The notes: generated from the letters alone by a model not told the origin. A stretch of 64,000 nt of DNA from Candidatus Helarchaeota archaeon (GCA_019058315.1 JAHPZH010000002.1:1005910-1069909), one strand, 5' to 3'. Counted from the first letter of the stretch, positions 36,001 to 37,256 are shown. Made by a program: numbers and translations.

Positions 36001-37195
36001 TCATCTTTTTGTTGGATTTAAGACTATATTGCTTAAAAATACCTCTCTTTACTGTTTCTTTTGTTTTATTTAGCGCATCTATTATAAAATTTTTAAAATT
36101 TATCACTTTAGTACTTAAAAGCAGCATTTTTTTAGATTTGTTTTGGGAATTTTTACGTAATTTTAAGGGAGTTATAGTATATTTTAGACTAAAATCTTTA
36201 CTGTTAGTCTTTTTATTTTTAATAAAAGATATCAAAGCATTTATTTGATAAATTATGTATTTTAATAAATCAACCTTGTATTCAATCTCTTCGTTTTTCA
36301 AATTTTCTAAGGTTCTATTTTTCAAGATCCTTAAAAGGTCAATTTTTCTGTTGTCAGAATATCCTTTTAATTCTAAAATGTGTTTAGCTTTTTCAAGAAA
36401 AGTTTCTTCTTCCTTTGAATAACCATATTTTCTCCTTAAACCAGCTCTACCAAGTAGACACTCTACTTGAAAAATACTGATAGCATTTGGACATTCAAAC
36501 TCCTTATTTAATTCTCTATCGTGTTCTTTTATCTTTGGATCGCTGTCAAAACTCAAATTTTGGTAATTAATGTCTCTATTTATATTTATTTTATATTTAT
36601 TACGAATTATTTTTAATTTATGTTCTATATTTATAGCATCAAGCTGTCCTTCTAAGAGTTCCTTGAAGAAATCAAAATATTCTTTACTTTCAAAGAGGTA
36701 ATTACTATTATTTTCCTTTGATGCTAAAAATTCATCGACTTTAGCAATCAAATATGAAATACGTGATAAATTTTTGGTTAACTCATGATATTCTTGGATC
36801 CTTTTATCTATATACTTAAATCCATTTAATAATGCATGGAATTTCTGATCAACTTCCATCGTAATATTTCTAAAATGAAGATTATTTAATTCTCCTTCGA
36901 GTTCTTCTAATAAATCAGTCTTAAAATTCGTTAACTCACTTAAGGTTAATTTTGGTTGCTTTTTATATTTCTTTTCAAGAAAATTAATAAAAATATCTAA
37001 CTTTTTATTTTCTAGTCGGGGTTCCCAGATAGAATTATAAAATGCAGCTGATAATATGGAATATATTCTATTTTTAAAAAAATCTTGCTTTTTATAATCG
37101 TTGATATACTTTTCAGCCATTTTTTCACATTCAAAACGATTATGCATACCATTGTCAGTATGATTTCTCGTTATTAACTCAGACTTTGTAATCAT
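1..37195 (-). CDS. Giant membrane-anchored multidomain surface protein, >=12,398 aa, 3'-partial (runs off the left edge)
   Basis: ATG at 37195 with GGTGA 5 nt upstream; begins MITKSELITRNHTDNGMHNRFECEK. The same frame reads as stop-free, coherent protein wherever I translated it (e.g. 33001 QVYAVRREQMDYLAIG, 21241 TEDFPPEANISAVMLDYSG, 13201 DTTPPEVNILFP, window start YSDGTIFIINFRKARLNSIGITSQNF). The ORF track lists nothing in this frame, as expected if no stop occurs before the edge. Confidence 0.92.
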   Translation of the reverse strand, partial: MITKSELITRNHTDNGMHNRFECEKMAEKYINDYKKQDFFKNRIYSILSAAFYNSIWEPRLENKKLDIFINFLEKKYKKQPKLTLSELTNFKTDLLEELEGELNNLHFRNITMEVDQKFHALLNGFKYIDKRIQEYHELTKNLSRISYLIAKVDEFLASKENNSNYLFESKEYFDFFKELLEGQLDAINIEHKLKIIRNKYKININRDINYQNLSFDSDPKIKEHDRELNKEFECPNAISIFQVECLLGRAGLRRKYGYSKEEETFLEKAKHILELKGYSDNRKIDLLRILKNRTLENLKNEEIEYKVDLLKYIIYQINALISFIKNKKTNSKDFSLKYTITPLKLRKNSQNKSKKMLLLSTKVINFKNFIIDALNKTKETVKRGIFKQYSLKSNKKMIWTKKPKNRPIKLPKYVKRAAPTVGIAILIIMVLGLGINILNLQNSPNALMLYFLSESPIFKKEDPTIEYFSSLQSEDGGFALDEEYSSIDTTYQVFQFLDLFGKKDKFLENINRNKLVSWLMERWRLEGGFSETFGDTPNIEITAKAICILNYIDAKDEIVSIRPMAYEKIKEMVGGRIIWNRIMQEDLESQYWAIIAVKALDPIRGLEEIGLHYLSLENIYSKNQKTQQFVSFLESSDIKLVWDEQFFLDNDSLSIIQPYAENLERLWFATNLLKELIIEPKQVETIYKMLLEKDVLREQIIEESELKDDGTFSSIQNAYLSIDALNILGEADGLYQYQKYQNLTKWLGETPFEETIETLSAQQNYGLPSLRPDLDYLKLAFYQQAISRNIENYINSNHYNYEPNFMTLPNGTIVIGNFTEEEIPIKDGLGFPSRRPDFPIESISPYLEDIFAIDYTLLALISLFLIISLLILYTFLKKKNKMVLFAIFVCVLMISGDLIIAAQSNIPDMTSNPDITAPIQLFNEFNSFATRDHERTNSPINMNNYGKLQASVGITETTFSNDFEMATKSQISVDLNENLEGSFISPPVPVASSGMTGPARSIPRQPTDFLDDVPRAAIRPPSGITHTQLDEMCAVAGRAVAQDIAQITPVFIDNTIQAGSGFAQEIAQIRHLSVQDFVLAMYPEFLTVPNIVSNYFDDVGVNLEDLSIEYFTDFIKIELEDKIQLVMKEFADDYYYGFYKPEKGEVEIPIWLLLYIWDTWEFLSKEEYNAAVEKFNTRPALPPEYEMKRSHHFHKWMASKLKQKMIEEIIRQNAEERARIEAGLPPSSPNYQEVVDNLLGEIIFDSTAGFYKTLKESGDPEYAIESGLQGACFHLMPWDPEKQKVIVLRRKLPGAKQVMRETEQMATFLLPVDKKEMREYALNNFIWLSQKDQGLKMYVQACADTKPSWYEKGFTSTYPNWDDEDFLLRIWKSGHLEEDIEQVYAVRREQMDYLAIGEYNQWQNIKKVEIIYIPKGSLEEIEEELVEVEEFRHMLELSEISFEEFFKVLSFDHSNQEFFDFLDSYTEAIGTTNANLNDAIFNVPAETIDLYNAINLMRWGSTGYAPGAGPLIPLKESGTPFGPFNRIYAQEQRLAEHRLFLDRYMITTTSEFYDQAMGIHSYSVVPFKPLKDHLEHPYGKVPVDELAQELSQISSRINREYSKSYAVGRNINGEKAVTGYLFYVNIENQRLIWVAQTEDGEEIIQFNLRRQGIFQKDINHCFSQIRFDPVTKELSFKDTRISSDKYNIENKNDMEEFNHIVQKNLENFIQNPSSSIGLKYGIFNININANLEDAKQYALAELDKDPSLLEEYKKYNFIEFDKDINDLKSKIENLPAIPHIPDIISPEKTIILTEQQQEQVRIAYNRYVEFISTLSTIIEKRGNKLLIQQLDDAEYDYSKLHCEWVYDELKNNFKFENKLFGIIEGLQDKKEYSIDGQYNIKVLYLAEFLHLMEERASPDTPTLGRISLSSLMGATRKASHNILLKYMIRPGGLTEEEIRKMVSLYEKNDYEILANTFPSLYNFLMTKRVWDPIQNKLVSVDRHPVCIAFNKINVQTGEIIEARILPKKERHKLPDEYREKIGEEYQYSFDYILYLLSALTFRISPSHFQKPIHSEMYTSYQYFTEAIQLAVVSHLLPELSKIFEDQGHILYPNLVEYVQAFPGPDLQDQNTFLADAVALVPALNVEKQIIEVISIHFSAKSTQYPKKKMLEGNILGVTEEDVELNEHSIQKDSLFSGTKPILINDKLIIPSYLVTLWLTETAPLNIKNEITVQKTKKDWTNFDIYSDEGQRFLLEIFAKIGIPQQELMDLLKRTYIVLEDDIIRVNEKYISSIGGEKRSAEGYMPHPNGRRYVPLYLDKTDPNHKSEIVEVTIGYDKDGNEINEEIERKITSNERKLKLGQVLAAFREKRIVMFQSSLEREYWEDEWESIHQNNLHRLFEETPRELFPPEDSQSFLNPNQCEEIANCMEKYVIHYNDYILEIFNNPTPEALEFMKGAIMMMSQGREVPSSVPTTKSTQDPLILEVLKPVEDILKDPNLTKKQFLKVFAEILRQMNYRLLQEVRNGLDYNLGISILQLLLLGSSDLSNYLLKFGLQDPGNPIFTDYDRDIFEVFVQFVSGLMDLIDLGTIEEPILPEIPIEVEYLNYLDYASTIYENRWISDAIFNDFVMDEIELDSSLETSLRNTALRTLGISGLISLIPEFEIMETWPFDEIKNWGLEFGAYKDSDSNPIHPLSEAYGYVSTWYDLSRHNVVVRTQVDESGDYAGIRGVFLVQNGTYYSSTAKMGFSIRNLRTDEIGYGEFDFSSMIYNNTDHYNGYISRDEQGLAKFDIFVEKGDTIEIIFDRVPRDSFIMIPAINDNEAGVNQQYVEIHYEDSTVFVKDVDILYLSLLEENVEDLSGTIAFATVTKGCIISDYNQNNIPDSIKIAKDTDGNFENNVDEFISYFFDNEEGKQIVEGQLLTQNEILTYNYNLETDLQLAQIPYEWDTTEGDSIIMEKDGVSTILELNVHYDIDLFEQKVIFIEPNLLSLGSSIRAVYRTSDLIIWAGLNENNVEQFILGQAKIHVDHFISMNPQKKVETEFKEIYIIGVITNELNLTQNNVIIEKYKEFPAAKTYSSIIYDPSDNKLVPIYIFADPDLPFMGTSLDVALTTAYMLLENLYLEGYLNTRIVNYLELQEIFTSHSGIFINLNGILPYTFLNINDDRQKHTTFKTWVNILGNQYVSVYTRPLEFVFYKNKVVPYSEIFYQSYQNYLKQYQLESYIPTPVGPSKIVEEILSLTENYNSIFNINRVGWDQLYIDKIPESSLILFGQDDPNNDLNDLDNSDSEYYKISNKLDTDYLKLRDETAYMSQVGFEFNLEKLDKDIIDTSLEYKIGTNRDAEDQTSFYIMVYNWKFNSWTNLTTIIPKDITTVPNDLSEEINLAFIKNGIIRVKIILFTKLTNGLTLEILIDKLKIESNYYESTTPKYECYEESNKIKARNNIKHDFEGPDYYYNYLVSDPINLILDKGVSYKLKFDYSILENYANSYFYFIVTDYPNENGLLYEDRPETAGWTTWNTDDSEMISTKEIEFTVPTSGFISDDFSLVFGIKNAGNITISNIFLEKFNDITPLEMKDNNYYTLTPEGGYLESTFIFNGIPLPELRNYHIDLEIEAYKYAELSTGYIRIRGTSSKYVHKDTVFSTTINGRDAEFEINDPDPPFWGYEIPSGGVLWLPIISKIPQYPVTPRDYIEWSFNIPSSSNRYDQDILVDNPSTMDGGVTNQFTGVGYCDLVIAFYDYDENNWNSYSSIYIEDEEELFEIHSVLNDNIYPIISEDGEIKVKIFKLDEDVMYNDQIFFDFLNIKIHSIDNFNDFNYAKNHIAEMDVYNKQLTVDNQVLFRTDCTIFEGITSTQSFWISEYPIDTTQFSEQDLKIEWAKSEDFSDPFTGQWGKGLVSFVHMYPTENTKYSINFNDECQQTSKILFSMITGIPLSTSITANEYDLWKGGLSGLYSLFEKGDYGLNVESTDKDGDGIEDVIVEVPGSGLTYQFTSYAAGAPNIKLIERGPNWEKVMNTTDGTYSKYYYSSNVFINYGDFWLPYHFHENSIDDFFIKHPSGTFIINSTGYYIFNNTELILNKSHWDLYVNNGGWQLEESIKTEFETYIEIDGTLVTITNSTSVDGLQDPLIIRRKDYTNSGILSTDWRFGFGDFKITVDFLSTADETKEYQIRWSGYVPNIDNIEVGYPSPYKPLYDSDFSDGSWVLNSSHPPNFFNSTSYGIKFNQTEIFDWFDWKSNVSIDINENCILTYQPDHCPCVSAELYFNNVTLENGTVLETEQINFNLNETNTLNIYDYIAKKIGTKANKINQIWIHYEEVGNYTDFTNCTYSDDPHNHFFLYLGFGISEWYKTQYITDSFLEIDSLSSVNFYKNDTFFLNIDFNDVSNNISRKININPGLNNVKFNIIFYNLTLQKGQSIKIDPNEKIFKDELVEDWSWTFWSTYSNWDWDWAYIPIEVWLPGPWGIPVKWIVLWPIKLYDWCWYPPYRRNNRGSQLYPVGYPLAPLPDSGNSLFDNHDDLGTPLSRTSFNYMGGTHYLLNNLVNVYDPRIMQSDAYWGDFADPEMLIGDWCAMGTNIPFHIFPGYYGDFAHIIDPQTHYPMNIFVYSGQQIENWERTDIIWDQNQQPSPLSYLDVWVRDLPIDNGIDGFSDWYYVSNPGPGLPGGWVENPHDRDNYGVEGHLIIPEWSNFDDRPAQVDRELIYKSDLTDGTWSFSLNTDASETLEPEDITQYFIASGSENAYQLGKRIDTLYNVKMKEHFEGDGLVNSFILTIKPDLDLDSIEEVTVTLNALLDPPDPQAIQTYEFIYTDSPSSTGGFQYTRTGDNSEIINLFQGVDPYLPSGDDLVNIKYIVLGGDILEAEYSIIDSETVFFKYPPKEGSEISVSYQHEPIYFELERTGVYLTGTEEFDWFEIISSETIEINPDTFFQGKIFQSDFAITSLTIEEYTDELGIKWTSNPIEIDLTIMDYFNLYEYLLPETEPLGFIIKELNKIKFRFEEIDPILNRIDEFWFDFEDYTLTHQFVIPWDPLVDSVYIPGTGYLEYGVDYDIEYLGEGYAKILFLTSPPYVIMDQLSTVSYRTYNPEFGPNLGSQFLEFSFSITEWDLSSSLPGGPYYYYEPTLNPGGEYQLMDWMNNFFSYGADSDGGGNDQGDYPNHFIWCPYPIPGFGYPKGDRWEGSQWHVDSGDWDDRITSTVMTDTGRYKFWFNMEAGLASGETKNYDPDYKMRDKFNEEYFQMILHANTGSNKALLDWYQIDSLRENGWNIPWSNNDEFEDLFDPLYTGTDTPPIRGEFHQPFHWKQKSIGTSNNPNPNRRPQLVVQYTEDFPPEANISAVMLDYSGEAWKTAYIKLNENDDKGDYEQGDTISTSSKKIIFQVSTNDDYGFNSDEIPDDAEESIETHHHSSYQEDLFGGIYQWDRHVEAIKINVYYWDWSTSEWLFHDTHTNWWQHNTDPKELIEDWKYDIIDRNFEFDLNAPVGDTVYRIEVDTLNPYDKQRWLSQVEEKELFVLYIELDTTSPIVNDITVTDIGEADNDGVAEYGEEIQLQVTAYDPELLVIPTINPPPVVYPEHSVVDGYVYLWHDDDIIYRTDSYSVIINQLLVNPDTIIIRDIYDEIIGMKIKLHGLNPIFEMSTEPILGLGSGPSTFIWTQKDSIDDLLYTGDWYLEEVAGEYAIYVYLALSDVTPEIKPDGWAEGFMNFEYGTLDSSYKYTPLKKSDGTNAIIENSDGSYTIPFNVPAAKLKNYLFTDGEVTLRAKSGIYDNPRLKGAQISDVGKGNHGISPIYNIVITKQDAIFNDNNIYIQSNKGRPIQFYDLVIMGSQLVTPFNSPITEGCVKYHYSIDFDTNGQPINWIEIGESNLDSNGINFIETYLDFLPPDLTFSIKAEFLGNDYYKPNFVYIIKTATKNDNLAINVKDKYGNTLETIKLQARLLQSDYSIPVANRNIKFSILNYADDVPLVDNMVALTNDDGWAEYDYLCNLEFGGSYPFVYKIKAEFVGTDDYYETPQYTIGYLFDNSLDTFQIPTSRPGIMNITYFGNNLNSSFMIATTEGYLDKVNNIELIDQTLDWVEILVETSTQDNSKHADCYFTIYDSGFVDIKVKTYDIDESELVRAIFSLNSSAHVYSDDLLPYGNLDIENTFEYSDMGWLMSHNPEWMILGDDENLWGISMWGYHPYSLSTIPLRSTWWINSPKYQALSYGMNIGSESSTTIRVGPISESHINGRTPPYTELFLTDIQADGTISTWLSPFEDSLDTIISDTYFTLNETLMFGEEGINWEEGDDCFSTSFDAFYQSISYNISQSILDGLNHVVRNWTYNFKPVNITQSPFMTWAWKKGGITSEDFELIDRNDMLFDINYVYDYSWFIGTKYDTWDEIQNIISITELNTGKVLKRVKKNPIDNEYTVDLENHLITFGGEPYIGVDNYNITYSYSDSAGTDLSIELYVRDTETGVSATITIDNSNYGIPIDWELKSINLHKLIYEYYVTQIYGPTPPPNLDEHDFELLGIGFNNHDQGYSLFDFISVYGIELDEQYYITSLDNTNINTNVNSFYSLMDDGTLILNIAESDDLEKNEIEIIVDEELEPENSYILQSEIMLYDSDSSIFDHGRFSIILVYDDGTEDQFSFSTHPNLATNLVPLNQFAKIQSPIQISSSKKLEKIKFKLEELNERDSEFMCFLTHYRIIKEKGNTLDSMTFTNNQVIPNFSEFYIVDTVIAEADVIKYYYTVIYMDSNAWIALIPEYYRGISDFEIYLDSRSIQQGDHIFLNEGYHYIMVRIETSDPMVQWKLKIFNSLIENQLTTNNEITSLTALATFYHDPIKETAIEIEEIAEELYQTYLIPINESWDGEYVYIDNAGEYKVENLEVKWNYYTSSSNWIDINDYMKNIYPTQAIKRDSFRGLAKTNQKFVLSCRPIYEIYYVYYNDYSDTDEDGVTDEHIYLTQVATLDELYSLGRGYYHLDYETGLITIGGQSIPWGDDNYFVSYLVKPINVMAYGWTGIWSPVESTATLVFKMKGCAVVNFNGYEIINENFGNNEYIEKEILVWLEKGYNYLFIKNGIEDGDFKFNIRIKDVIKLRKETVETGSIVNDEIILLKIPINIKNLLIDGTPFNDYIINELEKKLILTDPPIGFYDITYEYLDSELIKIYNNKYEEMVPIATPEYDYNFENNVYAAGSLSSYAAGDVFTSFKTESNYNLLEMGEYWELYYDPEIYRYKQLIFSNYEYINVDGYWVSYEYTPISNNDFIVKNPTSLYHFTPNGVKIFDITGTSLKELENFQVQYKNWIWGWCDMDVDTINYQINQDSNYINITSIQTLTDGSLLKIKYIMGSGSTKYEINFISIYKREYRIQWNLEGYENDIYILSNDGGTITSANGELIVRLNYEIDKFHHFTDLGERASITFGNFNLDAQEEVKILAALSTREPICNDTYVSNQNPATFYGYKDTLQVNYIDNTALFPDAEGNFVALKANNFYQQVGDSSGDLIDTHERDDNSLILTEDSSDNLEALFYFDTGIEASHIMNLGLETYISDDNNWFLWFPDLQISIWNWAQNDWFELGKTIRGCEKWYNYTISNIMYIHEFASSNGQVIIRIKNKYYDNLQPNNYNLDYLNLIVNYKNIFKYSFIKFPLPLENDIEIVYEDTSFNIFNTETKIDNYNDKVSMYYFLNSDIINDTITFDDIYSYVTSGEIVTYGNILENDYRVTDHSDGIYEVIESQYNPVDNTSYISVTYDYDIKETCNYIEIETDFNLTSEYNDDMGHFELQIFNWDTCSWETLSIWYKQDLNKLCKIKCSNIINTDFGKYVMNKLVRIRYWFARVGLWSFKMHLDKSIVISDLSDSFIDEIQDVSFNEWYSFKSLEFSTLLTDLAKTGEEYATFLFKGDKSEWSFSSSDAYMNNPYLEVYYSKRIPVIISDPSKDVSFYETEILSVSVQDYYGNSVGAGLEIIFEYYDDVLGEFISLGTAYTNDFGIAELELFITFFPGEYIIRAVFEGNEFFLPYSVEGIMNVIDTTPPEVNILFPDPTIYHRHEILQFVFTSKDNVFVDYHLIYIDDEAPIYVEAYPFETPFEEYQYDEVITIYIPDPAILEHTVKIVAVDYAGNEAEVTGNFKINLQDPIVEITNPIPPSYYTSNGQILLEWTASSEVEIQYWNITNFDVAIEEFLPKNTRSYLLNLDEGFHNIQLYTEDESGRIARKNIFIGVDKTDPSCIILAPTQNEHIPDDSIELYWIVHDDDTCPSGIENVLIEKRYDNDPWETVSEQFKLNYTISVPIAGNWQIRATVWDIAGNYNSETIDIEIDLTDPVVQIISPISQSYCGEIVTLKWQSDVSEFNIFKNGKLINDLTIDYNPTTQLYYTELDFDKENTYIIRVEAIDEAGRESSDEITLFVDIKSPFLTILSPESGYVTTETINLKYIFDEDFPLYLEVWVEEWDGAQFVREVTYRNRYENFPPPLNINVNLAEGKFKVYIELKDHLNTLVSKYVEIIIDNTPPEINILNIDPTPISSLINTEVVAVEVGFSDLNKIARIISLVQGIVDIVIENPIGNSYTFNFVLNEGINDLNFIVVDESGNYREVALSLNVDTTPPIIYKDSVFVNGKYPAVTKLIFVDEECSVRFDYSELNLAYFMLTDWYKEDYEDTIEINTLSDPSLYTLQNMVKSGGHWEVPMDEYEYEKALLDYDWSSVVNLARTDYQGDFGGELTGTYESDWLNQIAAMSSNIWGSGAHTAGVVHSGSHSVPDGTYRQIFSRSSSTSGSDSVQGRLLHETYQYANFTNADLMSFNWEICTELDLYNSQSAEIEFYIENELVWYEEYYNLLGLDEIISDTVIIDTTTYTGMKELRFIVRLNNEADSGNGVNSIQVTLYPIKIERLHEYGYLTLQPINLHENVDSIEFYRTGYAPTDTSINMAYRTADSETELLGNAWINLESSEQQTIPDNLVKDWIQVAIILYTNLNDLDTPYLFDISIYYTYYYQSGIFYEQPCVLPYDETVQGHHTMKLDIYDLVGNSDTYDFDIFVDVGEPELVNILPLEGERIGSTNYVVKWDFIEQALYSEIPDLEETYICQVLIDGQLQGTFTTSSSQTASYEVELSKDSTEIKILVADMAGNIKEVTRNIVVDLESPTIQIDSPINNGFLCTNQHILSLGWSSYDEGGIGNYFLAIDDNEPVEILEGIYNYDLNLVEGIHVITLTAVDLAGNTGSDYLIYNFQPELPTILITNLLENNFVNNLDIEWIYEEGIYQLDYFIVSLLNLDTSQIVYTSEKLTDSTHSILGMPDGNYEIIVTLYSDSAPPQTHSITNIHYDTHADAVSDITFDSGDYWDYYIDIIWQCTEINLDYYTIIFDDGTNMYEFTTTNNYYKDLPIPSTDGNTITIIIKTHDKAGNEATIQVTGVADTTAPIVEINAQFRNWQWYTPEGSQDPILEEQIHDILNSYEIIIIYKNRYFSIEYEGIEIATISDVGEVQIINPNYAPMEKVFAYIANIIKFNEDLKPNSNVGQLLITDLILQYENIDQFSWSYVENYLNEIETYKIYYNDIILGSITDLNFELLELFEGSDQVITIAAIDKSGHIGITSIVLQIDLRHPKVINTRGLATANGGMEFSVELADDCLELVTVNLEYKVTVNGTLYVCNENGNWVPVDDYQGSYPDQGIYNAEMNLIYTSKNINEGSKISSAFENVIGTYLIEISDLPDNAQLEYRFAVTDHSAHSAYTSDWDSDVMLIHPTCLTGFYMPYRKLSNSIILDDFEQDINRHYYWLDDFKDIDPSWEFDSSLIMTSYDKTVTKDGVNTGILDFYGDFDAGAWLTLYRDFNLAIEEDMVFHMRAKLPTGIFTEPEFPDSQMPNFLIYIIFEISDEDGVISNIQYDITTTLTSTISLTESGEWLNYNLNLFDLFKQNGIDEPKTILKTSIRIKARDVSPEVSHFTGVKHFYIDRIGMYKFGWKVRDGDGIYRLENDGLEGQYCMNLETGPAYSSEFFIVNSTDEVNININSNPVVRFTIERINYNTIPSIGFVLNDILINFVWGPKSQISYDFDLYDYVWNIQIADDEIGVKSFEYDLLSAIDVFNKRNEAFTINATVITDVLLICRSIRLEEVSHPSPTHTPLQTPSYELAIANFDFLTFSPRSQISIPYNIEDSSIEGYSWNTQSLGFNIWSLNGTVMDGFDALFSLNSTIIPDSPDVEEFRSWEELDNSWTYEELSGGGGAPILVINTDPTDITDGILNIAYYTLTYTGNLIEEGYNKIKIVCAAGSGGQLMINIAVNYGFLQPIFVDGGEGEHIIDLREYGDITAFMLTAISQRIKIDQIEFGQFENNFYTNNIVGPRDFHITKLTANMTEGDNIKIVQKMWSELLLVEDIYVIDTVFGNINITRYMQYDENEIVLTFPLTNFTTYKPNDFNILLGSSVYENIEGLSTLFDMDGKFLKIESVHNSPYTGFEYIEVDFEFEIVDPSPLSDISQAETSYLDIYGICNSYIPQTWIAIYNPLTTNWDIIEQGDSNILSLTEPFEIENLQDYIDGSNTLKIKLIAAKATTEKIRLYIDFIQLNSSFSSQSTFFSPVKNGYSQYWWFSQEPFAIINEYEVLDESADGLTDTYQLSHLPIAWGSNDHIYIDTGSGDVEQTGYSVNLDTSIVTLSAPAPLNSKVSAKYRWVNNKMAKGLVMFRQSDYYDSRQVLDLTDYTIDHTIVDTIEIIEEDLEYEKYPYDTVLPDYDFSTNTHLLHDSNLEYVILDDFTGDWYSNWICEKAQMTRTSGSGGHHVGEITHANNAVEFSDHTTNKGGSSKSSTFEHIIYQDVDLTGADTISFLWGMKYEVDGSTWCDLNLELYIHEPEDDINTISPVEQIHKHWTANQVDQGYLNVDISNYEGTKRVTFRFYTSGWVTDDMLNTRGFFAYIYLNPVNIDVYYPTGDVIDEHWQLKEYTNDDILPDYDFSTDTRLYHAGNEGIYDLNPDDPLTEWEWDTDYWICEKAQMTRTSGSGGSHIGEIIHTNNAVNFHEVLSSKNEAKLGTFEHIIYQDVDLTGAGSINFLWSMNYTSRGTGYIDLYLELYIYDPGTNLDITTEIPVEQIHNYWTNYIEFDYGYANIDVSSYSGEKRVAFRFYSDGRVPKKSYTSNYYSWICLYPVHIDAYYPTGNITTEPIYLGEKIDFAAITKIDQNTPNTEIEFRYKTADSIAELGDIEWSSWYSQDKFIILQGTIKSWIQWEILLKSFGVDTPFLFNSQVDYRYKSGSWIVSNAPFEESDLSKIVEVQSDSVEFSQGESMGLAFIYKILYGEVNFESSNNGPDHIKFTAQALDPSVDSYWYPDISQQTITIQSDNFLEYDIKIIPDYLFTPCQAAVDIYFTDATWMSSGNAVDQNGISASPQTDLFGNKWYHRRIDLSNFETKTTSCFEVALEHDYGKLIMYIDNVTITDLNGEILHRIYTHGMPEYASDLGKNSDNMEYTMSEIVSYPINSYDIIPDTQIISEGEDYVITESKGSGKNWDIEDNTMFYSGGMTELKRTMTWNSEETGYDVKTIPFNLTSSMLFDTYQEGSDWVAIFNDNGLGMGAQLLSGAIDSLDLIQGTKEFYEFFTNIENVDELSDWDYIDGGGTPSFEDEKLILTGEQNLITKRSWHKGYNLKLVIEELDTGSAWVPPAGELYELANFYPYYFDENNYFKFYIKAVADGACGYDIYYKFVIAKDGIIEERQVFIESSATLPYNLEIDLNIEEDSWTATINGNTYDSTLFSLDPTWFQNYCNYLGQVKIEGEYKTSYDDISITHLGTLENANNTKILFCKDHPIVQKGDSFSYVLRLWFGNCLNYDTTVKFPTVNFNQKIPLHKLIEDFETTGSFIQSDSEVIEGLYSGIIDSMVTYPISPLFIEDNPSLKWFWKPTEIIKDPADSTESSEWPGEFSDWARVGSIVDDPTRDDELEVETVTATQLLINNGYIEFPNSDRRYIHTTEFNYGTIETPLPTVGFKRIDLVIVNKTGVFLISGEEIEEIEDAIPPNFLTGIKLAEIELTSSGIENIEDTRLFAEKVKYNYFYGYEESQYKSYYIINNTLSIKDENLGYDPSSWEIALDQYPILPWDDSIDSVLLDGNPLQLGIDFEIYILPDSRAVIKLLNYFDGEIQATYRVSEDRIETQTFIVGVFIYDLIYSPAVVWDPIIDTVIDNEGSSNEQILEYGTDYTVQINEINEELQIILTQDAESWVNNLGSGGHDLTFHYRVYNNELDIETLEIDREYELLEYPIVDWDDEIDNLYSDYDRLIEDVDFEVVYDIDGRGIIQLFHPIEGFNLYSNYRYYTNGIATKEIASNIEILNHEVVEKAYLHFNINSTVEDIILTINGISYPMTVEENIGKEYTLEINPTDLFYGFNSQSTSITYQMGTSKYIFASYPVLEWSSEIDNVMIDGVELNYNQDYLVTINENGDAEIEFLNIYSDGTIFIINFRKARLNSIGITSQNF
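3960..5230 (-). repeat. Tandem duplication of a jelly-roll-like domain of about 222 aa
   Basis: DNA matches ctagttcttgtcatttg(g/a)gctttttcacaaatccaa at 4401 and 5070, and tctacgtcttggtatataatatg at 4272 and 4938. Both copies contain WICEKAQMTRTSGS and TFEHIIYQDVDLTGA. Confidence 0.9.
8500..13300 (-). repeat. Array of about 12-13 Ig-like (Big) domains in the giant protein
   Basis: Period about 90-100 aa, with linkers IDTTPP, VDKTDP, IDLTDP, VDIKSP, IDNTPP, VDTTPP, VDVGEP, VDLESP, ADTTAP and G-strand motifs VDYAGN, WDIAGN, IDEAGR, VDESGN, YDLVGN, ADMAGN, VDLAGN, HDKAGN. Confidence 0.8.
19270..19830 (-). repeat. Two adhesin-type Ig-like (Big_1-like) domains; a further copy at about 13300-13530
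   Basis: IKLQARLL...PVANRNIKF...LTNDDGWA...IKAEFVG; GESNLDSNG...IKAEFLGNDYY; GTAYTNDFGIA...IRAVFEGNEFF. Confidence 0.6.
34490..34635 (-). other. Giant protein TM hairpin (TM2, KKKNK loop, TM3 or signal-like segment)
   Basis: LLALISLFLIISLLILYTFL-KKKNK-MVLFAIFVCVLMISGDLIIAA. Confidence 0.75.
34980..35810 (-). other. Giant protein prenyltransferase/squalene-oxidase-repeat-like alpha/alpha domain
   Basis: Repeats IEYFSSLQSEDGGF...SIDTTYQVFQFLDLFG, VSWLMERWRLEGGFSETFGDTPNIEITAKAICILNYI and DDGTFSSIQNAYLSIDALNILG. Confidence 0.7.
35885..35935 (-). other. Giant protein TM helix 1 (about aa 421-437)
   Basis: TVGIAILIIMVLGLGINI, preceded by a strongly Lys/Arg-rich stretch (KKPKNRPIKLPKYVKR), consistent with the positive-inside rule. 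Confidence 0.8.
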
Positions 37196-37256
37196 TTCAT
37201 TCACCTTAAATTCCCAATTTTTTTGAATTTGAATTGAAAAAATTATAAAATTCGAA
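37196..37256 (-). promoter_or_regulatory. Putative BRE-TATA promoter and Shine-Dalgarno site of the giant gene
   Basis: Minus strand CGAATTTTATAA at about 37254-37243, roughly 50 nt upstream of the ATG; GGTGA at 37205-37201. Confidence 0.5.

Noticed and set aside
1153-36248. About 23 short track ORFs on both strands within 1-37195
   Set aside because: Antisense or off-frame shadows of the giant gene, with no motifs and atypical composition.
1-37195. Provirus, intein, or alternative genetic code as the explanation for the apparent gene desert
   Set aside because: The standard code gives one open frame; I recognised no capsid, terminase, integrase or Hint/LAGLIDADG motif by eye.
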